A DNA stretch of 64,000 nucleotides from Spirochaetia bacterium. Its GTDB lineage: Bacteria > Spirochaetota > Spirochaetia > CADAEX01. Of the stretch, positions 28,532-38,889 are shown piece after piece; positions within the stretch are counted from its first letter, which is position 1, and each line of letters begins with the position of its first letter. The DNA is taken from the NCBI GenBank assembly GCA_963662795.1, contig OY759746.1:224001-288000 (forward strand), read 5' to 3'. The notes under the pieces were generated by a model. The model was not told the DNA's origin and did not search any database. It worked only from the letters and a program-made list of their open reading frames with translations. Made by a program: the position numbers and the translations under genes.

Positions 28532-30002
28532 ATTTGAATTTATCAAGGGAGGATAGTTTTTTCAGGCTGTAGAAAAGCATTACCGCTGCGGATATCCAGC
28601 TGATCGCAGCAATTCCGGCAAATATTCCCTCCGCACCAAGCCCTTTTACTCCGCAGATATAATAAAAAACCGCCGCAGGAGCTGCAATCTGCCTGAAAAG
28701 ACCTGCAAGCAGAACAAAACCCGGTTTTTTTATCCCCTGCAGCATGGAATTGCAGCAGAAAAGAATAATATAGCTGTAGTATGTAATCCCGACAATGCGA
28801 AGATAGTAAACCGCATAAAACAGCACATCCTGATCTTTTGAGAAAATTGATATTATCAGGCCGGATAGAGGAAGAATAATTGTAAGCATAACCGCCATCA
28901 GGACTGCGCCGAAAAAGAGCGCTGTTTTAAAGGCAGTCTTCACCCTGTCGATCCTGCCGGCGCCGCTGTTCTGCCCAGTAACTGCAAGAAGAGCGGTATT
29001 AAGTCCCAGCGCGGGTAGAAGCGCTATCTGTTCAATCCTGAGGCCTATAGCGTAGGCGGCGAGCGCCTGATGGCCGCCGTATCTGTTAAGAAAAAAATTT
29101 ATGACAAAAAATCCCAAAGCTACTGACATCATATTGAGCCCTGAAGGTATACTCTGTCCAAGGATCTCTTTTATATAGGATATTTTCGGAATAAAAAACC
29201 TGAAAACATCCCTGTTGATCTTTCTACAGTCCCTGTCGCCTTCAGTTTCAGAGAATCCCGGCGGGAAACCGGTTGAAGCTGTAAAATATCTGCAGAAAAC
29301 ACCGGTCTTCACCACCTCAGAAAAAAGATAGATGAGCGCTCCTGCCTGAACAAGCACGGTGGCAAATGCAATACCTTTTATCCCCATAGCGGGAATAAAC
29401 CCGAAGCCGTAAAGGAAAATCGGGTCAAGCATCAAATTTACTGCAAAACCGGCAGCAAGAACATTTCTGTAGCTTTTTGTATTTCCCCTTGCGTTGAGCA
29501 TGCTGTTAAGAACATTATTAAGAAGGAAAAAAGGGATCCCCAGCAGAATGGTATTTATATATTGGGAGGCATAATCCCCGACTGCGCCCGAGGCTCCCAT
29601 AAGTGAAAATACAAAACCGGTATAACTGTCCCTTAAAAAAAGAAGAACAAGGGCAAGAACAAGGGAAAAAGAGATAGCCTGCACAAAATATATAACTGCT
29701 TTTTTATTTTCACCTGCTCCAAGCGCATTGGAGATCAGCGCGGTTGAGGCTGTTCCCAGGCCGAGAGCCAGGGCAAGGATTATAAAAAATACAGGAAAAG
29801 ATATGGAAAGGCCTGCAAGAGCTTCTGTTGAAATCCTGCCTCCGAAAAATGTGTCAGTAATATTGTAAAGTGTATTGAACAGCAGGCCTGTGCTCGCGGG
29901 TATGCTTATTTTAAGCAGAAGGCGGGGAATTTTCCCTTCTGTCAGTTTTTGATCACTGATAATATTGATTTCAGGGTTTTCCGCATTCCATATTTTTCTC
30001 AT
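28530..30002 (-). CDS. MATE family efflux transporter (paralog of 987-2357)
   Basis: SIPASTGLLFNTLYNITDTF, LDPIF, EQIALLPALGLN, GQNSGAG. Confidence 0.92.
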   Translation of the reverse strand: MRKIWNAENPEINIISDQKLTEGKIPRLLLKISIPASTGLLFNTLYNITDTFFGGRISTEALAGLSISFPVFFIILALALGLGTASTALISNALGAGENKKAVIYFVQAISFSLVLALVLLFLRDSYTGFVFSLMGASGAVGDYASQYINTILLGIPFFLLNNVLNSMLNARGNTKSYRNVLAAGFAVNLMLDPIFLYGFGFIPAMGIKGIAFATVLVQAGALIYLFSEVVKTGVFCRYFTASTGFPPGFSETEGDRDCRKINRDVFRFFIPKISYIKEILGQSIPSGLNMMSVALGFFVINFFLNRYGGHQALAAYAIGLRIEQIALLPALGLNTALLAVTGQNSGAGRIDRVKTAFKTALFFGAVLMAVMLTIILPLSGLIISIFSKDQDVLFYAVYYLRIVGITYYSYIILFCCNSMLQGIKKPGFVLLAGLFRQIAAPAAVFYYICGVKGLGAEGIFAGIAAISWISAAVMLFYSLKKLSSLDKFK

Positions 30003-30316
30003 TATATGGTATCTGATGCCTTTATAAAGTGCCAGGCCGGCATTTCATATGGATGGGATGATAAAAGCGCGTCCTTCACCTTTTGTGCACAGGCTTCTTC
30101 GCACACCATTTCAACACGGTATTCTTCAACCCTGGACACAGTACCTTCTATTCCGGTATATGGTATGCTCCCCTCCTCCGGCCTGAACTGCCCTTCCCCC
30201 TGTATCTGCCAGCAGCAGCAGCTGTATGCTCCGATCTTTCCCGCTCCGGCGGCAAACAATGAGGATTTTACAGATTCGAGATGGCTTTCAGGTACGTAAA
30301 AAACAAGTACAAGCAT
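30002..30316 (-). CDS. Stand-alone NIF3/YqfO PII-like domain protein
   Basis: FYVPESHLESVK.SLFAAGAGKIG.YS.C, GQFRP, HPYEMPAW. Confidence 0.85.
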   Translation of the reverse strand: MLVLVFYVPESHLESVKSSLFAAGAGKIGAYSCCCWQIQGEGQFRPEEGSIPYTGIEGTVSRVEEYRVEMVCEEACAQKVKDALLSSHPYEMPAWHFIKASDTI

Positions 30317-30318
30317 TT

Positions 30319-31767
30319 TCAGCCCTTTATTCCGCTGCCACGTTTAAGAAACATTATATCGTAGCTTTCCCTGTCAGGCCCGGAGACACTTTCCTCATTT
30401 ATGCCGTATTCGCGGGCTATAAGCGCCCTGACCCTCTTCCGGCAAAAAGCCCCCTGGCACCTTCCCATTCCGGCCCTTGTCCTTCTTTTCACTCCGTCAG
30501 TAGATGTAATTGTAATTCCCCGCCTGAGAGAATCAAGTATTACGCTTTGCCTGACCTGCTCACATCTGCATACTATTCTGTCATCAGATGTATCAGGCAG
30601 TTTTATAAGCCGCTCCACCTCATCCGGTGGAAGGTTAAGCCGCTCTTTTATAACTGAAGCCCTTTCAGGGTTAAAATCTTTTCTTTCTTCAAGTTTTCCA
30701 AGATATTTTTCAACAAATCCTTTTACTAATAACGCGATGGCAGGGGATGAGGTAAGTCCCGGAGAATCAATCCCGCCGGTATTTATAAAACCCGGCGCGG
30801 GGGACGCAACAACAAAATCACCGGTAGAGCTCACAGCTCTTATGCCTGAAAAAGTCCTGATAATTTTTTGGGGGTCAGGTATCAGATATGATATTTTTGA
30901 AACCTCAAGGATATTGAGCAAAGCTTCCCTGTCCGGAAGGTAATCGTACCTGCTGTCGATATTAAGCGCGTCAGGGCCAATCATAAGATTGTTGTGAAAC
31001 GTCGGTGTAACAAGTATTCCTTTACCCATTTTTCCCGGGACCTGAAACAGGACATGATTTATATCCAGTCCGCTCCATCTGTCAAAGATGAGGTACTGTC
31101 CTTTTCTGGGTTTTACTGAAAAATCAGAGAATCCTGCCATTGCCGAGATAATATCGCTGAATAATCCGGCTGAATTGATAATAATATCTGCCTCAAAACT
31201 GCCGGCAGCTGTTTCCACATGCCAGGTTTTGCCGTCCCTTATGATCCGTTTCACTTCCGCACCGGGGACGAATACCGCCCCGTTGGCCAGGCTGTTTTCA
31301 GCAAATGCAATTGCAAGTTCATAGGGGGATGCCACCCCTGCGCTGGGAGCATAAAGGGCGCACAGGACATCAGGGTTTATTCCCGGATCAAGACCCAGTA
31401 TTGCATCCCGGCCGATTATTTCAAGCCCTTTTACATTGTTTTCCTTACCGCTTGCAAGCAGTTTTTCAAGCTCAGTCCTGTCTTCCTCAGTAAATCCAAG
31501 GACAAGTGAGCCGCACCTTCTGAAACCAAAGTTAAGCTCTTTTTCAAGATTGTCGTAAAGGGCGTTTCCCTTGACACAAAGCAGGGTTTTAAGGCTTCCC
31601 GGCGATGTGCCGTAACCTGCATGGATTATACCGCTGTTTGCCTTTGTTGAACCCATCGAGACATCATGTTCTTTTTCAAGGATTGTTATATCAAGCTCAT
31701 ATTTTGAAAGCTCTCTTGCTATTGCGCAGCCGACAACACCGGCTCCGATAATACATACTCTGTTCAT
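30319..31767 (-). CDS. FAD-dependent oxidoreductase (glycerol-3-P dehydrogenase/LhgO-like) with BFD-like [2Fe-2S] domain
   Basis: IIGAGVVG, TKANSGIIHAG, SPGLTSSPAIA, VCRCE..KRRTRAGMGRCQGAFC. Confidence 0.88.
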   Translation of the reverse strand: MNRVCIIGAGVVGCAIARELSKYELDITILEKEHDVSMGSTKANSGIIHAGYGTSPGSLKTLLCVKGNALYDNLEKELNFGFRRCGSLVLGFTEEDRTELEKLLASGKENNVKGLEIIGRDAILGLDPGINPDVLCALYAPSAGVASPYELAIAFAENSLANGAVFVPGAEVKRIIRDGKTWHVETAAGSFEADIIINSAGLFSDIISAMAGFSDFSVKPRKGQYLIFDRWSGLDINHVLFQVPGKMGKGILVTPTFHNNLMIGPDALNIDSRYDYLPDREALLNILEVSKISYLIPDPQKIIRTFSGIRAVSSTGDFVVASPAPGFINTGGIDSPGLTSSPAIALLVKGFVEKYLGKLEERKDFNPERASVIKERLNLPPDEVERLIKLPDTSDDRIVCRCEQVRQSVILDSLRRGITITSTDGVKRRTRAGMGRCQGAFCRKRVRALIAREYGINEESVSGPDRESYDIMFLKRGSGIKG

Positions 31768-31918
31768 AATTACCTTTGGTAATTATCTTATATAAACTCA
31801 TATTTTACAATTTAATCTTATTGATTGAAAAATATTATTTAACTATTATTCTTATAGTTTAACTACAGACATCAGAAATCAGCTCTGCGGCAATCATATA
31901 AACTACAAATGGAGAATT

Positions 31919-33280
31919 ATGGACAGAACACATCAGCTTGAGAACGACAGCATACCGGTTCTTCTTGTGAGATACTCGCTACCTGCCATTGCGGGGATGC
32001 TTGTCCAGGCACTTTATAATATAACAGACAGGGTTTTCGTAGGACGAAGCGTAGGGATTGACGGAATATCCGCACTTACAGCAAATTTCCCCATCATGCT
32101 TGTGCTGATGGCTTTCGGCATGCTGTTCGGGATAGGAGGATCTGCGGCATTCTCAATATATCTTGGAGAAAAGAATACGGAAAAAGCTGAAAAGGTTATA
32201 GCAGGGACACTGTTCATGCTTATTGCGGCAATACTTGCCCTTTCTGTAATCGGACAGATATTCGCGGTAAGAATACTGTCGCTTTTCGGCTCAAGCAGAC
32301 AAATTCTTGATCTGTCACTCGATTACCTTAGAATTATCCTCGCAGGAGCTGTAATAAACTCATTTGCCCATGCCATGAACAATTTCATAAGGGCTCAGGG
32401 CAGTCCGCGGACTGCAATGATCGCAATGATTGCAGGCGGTCTTACAAATATAGTACTCGACTATATTTTAATATTTATTTTCAACATGGGAGTAAAAGGC
32501 GCAGCAATAGCAACTGTAATCAGCCAGGCATTGAGCGCTGTTATAGTTTTTTCATACCTTTTCGGAGAAAAAAGCTTTATAAAAATACATTCAAGAAACC
32601 TCATTCCTGAAATTGCCATAGCCAAAAGGATACTATCCATTGGTTCCGCCCCCTTTGCGATGCAGCTTGCTTCAAGTCTCACCAATGGCCTGCTTAACAA
32701 TCAGCTTCAGAGGTACGGAGGGGATGCAGCGCTTTCCATAATGGGGATGATATTTTCATTCATGACATTGCTCTTCATGCCTGTACTCGGGGTGAATCAG
32801 GGCAGTATGCCGCTTATAGGATATAATTTCGGGGCAAAGCGGTATGACAGGGTCATAAGCACAGCGCTGACGGCAATTACAGCCTCGACAGTTATCATGA
32901 CGGCAGGTTTTATTGCGACAAGGATATGGCCGCGGGAGATACTGCTGCTTTTCGGGAAAAACAGCGACAGGATTATGGATGACGGAATCACGGCAATAAG
33001 AATTTTCTTTTTCATGTCGCCCTTGATCGGATTTCAGATAGTCGCATCAGGTATGTTTCAGGCAATCGGAAGGCCCTCCCTTGCCCTCATCATGAGCCTT
33101 TCAAGACAGGTGCTTTTTCTGATACCGCTTATTTTTATTGTTCCGGTTTTTTTCGCTCTTGAAGGAATCTGGCTTGCATGCGCATCAGCAGATCTTCTCT
33201 CGGCAATTGTCACTGCCGCATTTTTCATCAGGGAGATTGCCGGTATGAAAAAGAAGCATGAACTGGCCTCTGCAGGCTGA
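31919..33280 (+). CDS. MATE family efflux transporter (MepA-like)
   Basis: YSLPAIAGMLVQALYNITDRVFVG, NIVLDYILIF, GYNFGAKRYDRV. Confidence 0.92.
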   Translation: MDRTHQLENDSIPVLLVRYSLPAIAGMLVQALYNITDRVFVGRSVGIDGISALTANFPIMLVLMAFGMLFGIGGSAAFSIYLGEKNTEKAEKVIAGTLFMLIAAILALSVIGQIFAVRILSLFGSSRQILDLSLDYLRIILAGAVINSFAHAMNNFIRAQGSPRTAMIAMIAGGLTNIVLDYILIFIFNMGVKGAAIATVISQALSAVIVFSYLFGEKSFIKIHSRNLIPEIAIAKRILSIGSAPFAMQLASSLTNGLLNNQLQRYGGDAALSIMGMIFSFMTLLFMPVLGVNQGSMPLIGYNFGAKRYDRVISTALTAITASTVIMTAGFIATRIWPREILLLFGKNSDRIMDDGITAIRIFFFMSPLIGFQIVASGMFQAIGRPSLALIMSLSRQVLFLIPLIFIVPVFFALEGIWLACASADLLSAIVTAAFFIREIAGMKKKHELASAG

Positions 33281-33337
33281 TTTTCAAACGTGACACAGTA
33301 TCCGGCGCTGGTTAAGGCTCCGGGTTAAAGTGCCGGG

Positions 33338-34732
33338 TTACTCCTGCGAAAGGGTAAAATCACCAGAGCCTGCGGCTGGGAGGATATCATCCTCATCAAG
33401 TGAGAATGAATCCGGAAGCCGCTTGTTTGTAGGGGCTCCAAGCTGTCTCAGGTTTTCAGAAAGTCTTACAAGATTACCCTTGCCTGTTGAAAGCTTATTT
33501 ACCGCCTTGTCATAACTCTTCCTGGCGTTATCAAGTCCTTTCCCCATGTCCTCAAGGTCAGTCACAAACCCGATAAATTTATCATAAAGAAGCCCGGCCC
33601 TCCGTGCTATCTCCCTTGCGTTCCTGCTCTGGTTCTCGTACTTCCAGATATTCTCTATAGTCCTCAAGGACGCGAGCAGAGTAGACGGGCTAACCATGAT
33701 AATATTTTTCTCAAAAGCTGCAGTAAAGATTGTGCTTTCCGCCTGGACCGCGGCAGAAAATGCCCCTTCAATCGGTACAAACATGAAAACAAAATCAAGT
33801 GAATTTATACCGAGGAGTTTATGGTAATCCTTGTCGCCCAGCCCCTTGATATGTGCTTTTATTGAAAGGACAAGATCCTTTTCCGCAGCAAGCTTTTCAA
33901 TATCAGTATCAGATGCGACAAGCCTTTCATAAGCTACAAGGGATACTTTTGAGTCAATTACAATATCCCTTCCCTCAGGCAGATGTACAATCACATCAGG
34001 CTGATACCTTTTGCCGTCAGGCGATTTCAGACTCTCCTGGACCTCAAACTCCCTTCCCCTGACAAGCCCGGACTTTTCAAGCACCTTTTCAAGAATCATC
34101 TCGCCCCAGGTCCCCTGTGTCTTAACCTCTCCCCTGAGCGCTTTTGTAAGGTTTTCCGCTTCTTCTGTTATCTGCTGGTTTAATTTGGCAAGCCCCTGTA
34201 TCTCTGTTTTAAGCGATGCCCGCTCTGACAGGTCCGCCTCCCTTGAGGTATCAAGCTGTTTTTTAAAATTCTCTATCTGCTCGCGGAAAGGACGGAGAAG
34301 CTGATCCAGCGCCGAACTTGTCTGGGAGGTAAAAACCTTGTTTCTGCTGTCAAATATATCGCCGGAAATCGCCTTGAACTGGGCGGTAAGCTCCTCTTTT
34401 GCGCTGTTTAAAAGGGCAATCTTCTCTTCATTCTGGCTGCGTTCTTTAAAGAGTGTTGTCTCTGAAACAGAAAGCCTCTCCTGCAGGGAGGATAACCGCT
34501 CGGTAAGCACGTCAATTTTTCTGTTCTTTTCATCAAGATCTTTTCTGTACTCAAGAGCCCTTTCATCAAGTCCCTTTATCCTCTCTGCAAGGGCCGCATT
34601 CTCCTTTCCGGCTTCTGCCGCGCCTGATTCCCATGCACGGGCAATATTACCCCTTAGTATAATAAACGCGGTAAAACCGCCGAGAAATATACCGCTTAAA
34701 ACCGCTGCCGCAAGAATAAAAGAATCTCCCAT
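33338..34732 (-). CDS. rmuC: DNA recombination protein RmuC
   Basis: N-terminal TM + coiled coil; KTQGTWGEMILE, QPDVIVHLP..IVIDSKVSL, FMFVPIEGA, SPSTLLASLRT. Confidence 0.93.
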   Translation of the reverse strand: MGDSFILAAAVLSGIFLGGFTAFIILRGNIARAWESGAAEAGKENAALAERIKGLDERALEYRKDLDEKNRKIDVLTERLSSLQERLSVSETTLFKERSQNEEKIALLNSAKEELTAQFKAISGDIFDSRNKVFTSQTSSALDQLLRPFREQIENFKKQLDTSREADLSERASLKTEIQGLAKLNQQITEEAENLTKALRGEVKTQGTWGEMILEKVLEKSGLVRGREFEVQESLKSPDGKRYQPDVIVHLPEGRDIVIDSKVSLVAYERLVASDTDIEKLAAEKDLVLSIKAHIKGLGDKDYHKLLGINSLDFVFMFVPIEGAFSAAVQAESTIFTAAFEKNIIMVSPSTLLASLRTIENIWKYENQSRNAREIARRAGLLYDKFIGFVTDLEDMGKGLDNARKSYDKAVNKLSTGKGNLVRLSENLRQLGAPTNKRLPDSFSLDEDDILPAAGSGDFTLSQE

Positions 34733-35066
34733 AAACTCCTCCCGTAATATCAGCCGCTATCCTCAAGGTGAATCTGTCCGCAGTGCCGGGAGACTTCCGG
34801 CTGTCAGCCGGCTGCACTTCTGCAATTACTCTGACCGCATATCAACCTCACGTTACCCCAGCCGCACACCAGCTGTATCCCAATCATACCTCAAAAATCC
34901 TGCAGCAGAAAGCCGTATTTTCATTTTTCCGTCAGGCTGCTTAAGGCGAAAGTATATGATAATTTTCAAGTCAGCATTGTTAAAAACAGTATAACCGGCT
35001 AAGTTAATTCATTCCTTCCCGGATTGAGTGTATTTTTTTTTTAACATATCTTTTATTCAGTAAAAA

Positions 35067-35969
35067 TTAACGGCTGAAAGCTTTCCGGAGAGCTGCAATA
35101 TCAAACTTTTTCATTTTCAGAAAAGCTTCAGTCAGATTTCTTATCTGCTTGTCGGTGCCCGAATTCATCATCTCATCCATAATGCGGGGAACAATCTGCC
35201 AGGATATTCCGTACTGGTCTTTTACCCAGCCGCATTGTTCAGAATCTGGAACTTTCGAGAGCTTTTCCCAGTAATAATCAATTTCTTCCTGAGTATTACA
35301 GTAAATTATAAGTGACTGCATCTCGTTAAAGAAAAAGTCATGATCCCCGGCACTTTCCATAACAACAAATTCCCTGCCGGCAAGGGTAAATCTTGCATAG
35401 TTTATGTTTCCTTCCCTTTCGGGGGCCTCTCCAGCCCCGTAACGTGAAAGATGCCCCGGCAGCAGAGCCGCATTTTTATTTATTGAAATATAATATTCCA
35501 TTGCCTCTTCTGCCCTGCCGCAGACATCTCCGGTAAACATAAGAGCAGGTGTCAGGCTCTGGACCTGCATGCCGCCGTTATGCATTATCTGCCAGGATAC
35601 CCCGTATTTATCTTTGAGCCACCCGTACCGCAGGCTGAAGTCATATCTATTAAGCGGCATCAGTACATCGCCGCCTTCAGACAGCTTATTCCACAGCCCG
35701 TCAACCTCTTCAGCTGTTGAGCATGCAATCATATATGAAAATGAAGGATTCCTGTCAAAGAGTTTTCCCGCGCTTATAAACTGGAAATTCTGACCCCACA
35801 GAGTGAGAGTTACAATATCAGCATCGCCGGACGGGGTGTCATGCAGGATGACGTTATTGTGTATCCTTGAGTCCCTGAAAATACTCACATACCAGAGTGC
35901 CGCTTCAAGCGCTTCTTTCTCAAACCAGATGTGAGGTATTATTTTTTGAAATTCAAATAAATTAACCAT
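35067..35969 (-). CDS. VOC/PhnB (3-demethylubiquinone-9 3-methyltransferase-like) two-domain protein
   Basis: QKIIPHIWF..EAALWY, YGWLKDKYGVSWQ, CGWVKDQYGISWQIVP, MKKFDIA. Confidence 0.88.
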   Translation of the reverse strand: MVNLFEFQKIIPHIWFEKEALEAALWYVSIFRDSRIHNNVILHDTPSGDADIVTLTLWGQNFQFISAGKLFDRNPSFSYMIACSTAEEVDGLWNKLSEGGDVLMPLNRYDFSLRYGWLKDKYGVSWQIMHNGGMQVQSLTPALMFTGDVCGRAEEAMEYYISINKNAALLPGHLSRYGAGEAPEREGNINYARFTLAGREFVVMESAGDHDFFFNEMQSLIIYCNTQEEIDYYWEKLSKVPDSEQCGWVKDQYGISWQIVPRIMDEMMNSGTDKQIRNLTEAFLKMKKFDIAALRKAFSR

Positions 35970-36194
35970 TTTAATCTCCTGTTTAGAGGTTCTCTTCCGC
36001 ACTATTGCAGAATATTGAATATATTACACAGTTCTCATCCGTATATTTTCAAATACTATATATAATAATACATATAGATTCTTACAGCAAATAATTCCAA
36101 AGGTCTTACTAAAATTATATCCCTGCAAAACAACCCGCTTTTCTTTTATGCCGTAAATTTTAATATCAGGTTTTTATAATTTAAATGGATTTTT

Positions 36195-36233
36195 TTGCAA
36201 ACACAAAAAGCATCTTCTATAATTTACATTATG
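36195..36233 (+). promoter_or_regulatory. Promoter predicting a leaderless mRNA (TTGCAA-17-TATAAT-7-ATG)
   Basis: -35 at 36195-36200, -10 at 36218-36223, ATG at 36231, no SD. Confidence 0.6.
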
Positions 36234-36977
36234 ATGAAAGTATTAGGCATGTTAGATCAGATAAAAATTAATCCTGATTATAATCGTATTATAAAATACG
36301 CACGATCCAAAAACGAACTTGCTTTCCTGCTTGTAAGCGAAAAGGATGCCAAATGCCTTGTAATGGAGTACGCCGATATTTCTCAATCAGATAAGGAATT
36401 CATAAACTCTGTCAGACAAAATTTTACCAGGGTCGACACTGCGGTTGTATCTCCATCTGTTTATGAAAGTTCATTTAATATAATTCAGGATACCGGCTCA
36501 TTTAAATTTATCCCGATTGACGGCAGCGATATTGATACTTCAATCGAAAATTTTATAACCGCCTCAAAAAGCGAAAACAAGAGAGGCAGCAACAGATTCT
36601 GCTGGCCTCTTACTGCCGGGTTTTCAATTGATAACGGTGAAGTAAGCAAGCTGGATATTTACTCTATCAGCTCCGGCGGCGCATACCTTGAGAGTGCAAA
36701 ACTTATTCCTCCTGCGGGAAAAGAGGCATTTCTGAAGATAAACTTTAAGAACTCGCAAATAGAAACAAAATGCGTTATCAATGATTATTACTCAAGGTCA
36801 AGCAAGTATCCCTTCGGGTTCAGCGTATCTTTTACATCGCTTTCCGATCAGGCAAAACTCACTCTTGACCGGATGGTTGATGACGCTATAATCAGGATAC
36901 TTCTCGATCCCCATACTGAACCGGATATACCGTCTCTTGATTCTGACATGCTTACCATTGATTCTTTTTCTCTCTGA
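36231..36977 (+). CDS. PilZ-domain protein
   Basis: RGSNR (RxxxR) and SISSGG (D/NxSxxG-like) motifs; GFSVSF in the C-terminal beta-barrel. Confidence 0.7.
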   Translation: MMKVLGMLDQIKINPDYNRIIKYARSKNELAFLLVSEKDAKCLVMEYADISQSDKEFINSVRQNFTRVDTAVVSPSVYESSFNIIQDTGSFKFIPIDGSDIDTSIENFITASKSENKRGSNRFCWPLTAGFSIDNGEVSKLDIYSISSGGAYLESAKLIPPAGKEAFLKINFKNSQIETKCVINDYYSRSSKYPFGFSVSFTSLSDQAKLTLDRMVDDAIIRILLDPHTEPDIPSLDSDMLTIDSFSL

Positions 36978-37006
36978 AAGTGCAGCCAGCTGCCTGACGC
37001 CGGACT

Positions 37007-38173
37007 TTAGTCTGTTTCTTTTCTTTTTTCCTTAAGAAGGGCGGCAAAAGGATTATAGCTGCCGGAATCCTCTTCCATATACTTTTTATAATCCTTATTA
37101 TCAGGATTATTTGAAGCCGGTTTAAGTGATATTCTTTTTTTCCCGGTGTCGATACTGTTAATCTGAACAGTAACGCTGTCCCCTTTCTTCAGGACTTTTC
37201 CGGAAGGATTATCCCGTGTGTCGCTTTCGAGGTCGGAGATGTGGATAAGGCCGTCAAGTCCCGGTTCGAGCGAAACAAAAGCCCCGAAGTTTGTAATCCG
37301 GACAACTTCGCCGGTGTGCCTGGTTCCTGTTTTATATTTTTTTTCAGCTTCATCCCATGGATCAGACAATAATTTTTTCATACTCAGACTGATCCGTTCA
37401 TTTTTCCAGTCAAGTTTAATAATTTCAGCCTCAATTTCCTCACCGACTGTCAGTGATTTTTGTATATCCTCAACACGGCTTCTGCTGATTTCAGAAATAG
37501 GAAGAAGTGCCTGGACACCGTCTATATCAACAAAAGCGCCGAAGTTCTGAAGTGATATGACTTTCCCCCTGACAATCATGTTTTCATATAATTTCTCTTT
37601 AAGAATTTCCACTTTATTCTTTTTATCTTCTTCCAGTATTGCCCTGCTGGAAACAAGTATATTTCGTCCATTTTCACCGTATTCCATAATTTTAAATGTA
37701 AAATGTTTTCCAATATACTGATCAGGATTTTCAGCGCGTTTCTCTCCCATCTGGGAAAACGGGCAGAATGCCCTTGAATCCCCTATTTTTATCTCATAAC
37801 CGCCTTTAATCTCTTTTTCAACTGTACCCTCCACAGGAATACTGTTTTCAAAAGCATTAGCAAGGACATCCTTTCCGGCTTTGTCGCCGCTGATCCTGGT
37901 TGTAAAATGCATTTCCCCGTTTTTTGCATAAAGGAAAAACGCTTTTATCTTATCCCCCTCTTTTACAGTAATATTGCCGTCTTTATCTACAAATTCCGCT
38001 GTATCAAGCAGGCCTTCACTCTTGCCGCTTAATTGCAGGAAAACACAGTCTCCCGAAACAGAAACAACTTCGGCTTCTATTATTTGTCCCGGCTTCAGCG
38101 TTGTTATGCCGGAAAAGCTTTTTTCCAGAAGTTCTTTGAAATTTTCTTCTTTTTCGTCAAAATCTTTATTCAT
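37007..38173 (-). CDS. Four-domain S1 RNA-binding protein (ribosomal protein S1-like)
   Basis: KSEG, RAFCPFSQ, NFGAFVDI.GVQALLPISE, NFGAFVSLEPGLDGLIHISDL. Confidence 0.88.
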   Translation of the reverse strand: MNKDFDEKEENFKELLEKSFSGITTLKPGQIIEAEVVSVSGDCVFLQLSGKSEGLLDTAEFVDKDGNITVKEGDKIKAFFLYAKNGEMHFTTRISGDKAGKDVLANAFENSIPVEGTVEKEIKGGYEIKIGDSRAFCPFSQMGEKRAENPDQYIGKHFTFKIMEYGENGRNILVSSRAILEEDKKNKVEILKEKLYENMIVRGKVISLQNFGAFVDIDGVQALLPISEISRSRVEDIQKSLTVGEEIEAEIIKLDWKNERISLSMKKLLSDPWDEAEKKYKTGTRHTGEVVRITNFGAFVSLEPGLDGLIHISDLESDTRDNPSGKVLKKGDSVTVQINSIDTGKKRISLKPASNNPDNKDYKKYMEEDSGSYNPFAALLKEKRKETD

Positions 38174-38379
38174 TATTTCTTTACTCCAGAATTAAATATA
38201 TCCGCAAATTATTAATTACATTAAACAATATATAGAGCATAAATAGCAATATTTGTTAATGTGACTTATCAGGATTTATGTAATAATTTGGAATCTATAT
38301 TTTCGTCAATAATCATGCGGCATCAGGTCACTGCCGACAGTTCCGTTCCCGGAATAAACAAAACCTTTAGATTTCATAC

Positions 38380-38889
38380 TTATTTTTTAATTATATCAAA
38401 TACTCCCTTAACAACGTCAATAATTGAATAAACCGTCATGATAAATGCTGAAATCGGCATGCAGGAATAAAGAACTGCTTTTGGCATTCCGATTACCGGT
38501 GTAAATTCGTGGGATTTAAGTGTAATTTCCAGGGCATAAATAAGGAAAATAAAAATAAATGTGAAACAGGCCGTACTTATAAAAAACCTGTAGATGGCTT
38601 TTAGCCGGTTGCTTTTAGCATATTTTGATATCCAGTCGCCGATACTGAAATGAGCTTTTCCGATCCAGACTATCGCTGATCCGTAAAAAACAAGGGATGC
38701 GTAAAGCATTTCCACAACTTCGTCAAACCAGTGCAGGGATATGACAGGCACAAAACGGACAAAAACGTTAGCCGTTAGTATAACAGTAAGCGCTGTAAAA
38801 AGAATTATTGTGAACCATTTCAATGCAGATTTAATAATGCGGTCCATGGAACTAAAAATACTGCCAGCTATCTTTCCGGTACGCGTCAT
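38380..38889 (-). CDS. TRAP transporter small permease (DctQ)
   Basis: NVFVRF..W.DEV, HFSIG, four TMs. Confidence 0.88.
   Translation of the reverse strand: MTRTGKIAGSIFSSMDRIIKSALKWFTIILFTALTVILTANVFVRFVPVISLHWFDEVVEMLYASLVFYGSAIVWIGKAHFSIGDWISKYAKSNRLKAIYRFFISTACFTFIFIFLIYALEITLKSHEFTPVIGMPKAVLYSCMPISAFIMTVYSIIDVVKGVFDIIKK

Noticed and set aside
34338-34994. 218-aa plus-strand ORF
   Set aside because: Mostly antisense to the rmuC coiled-coil region; TTG start, no SD or motif
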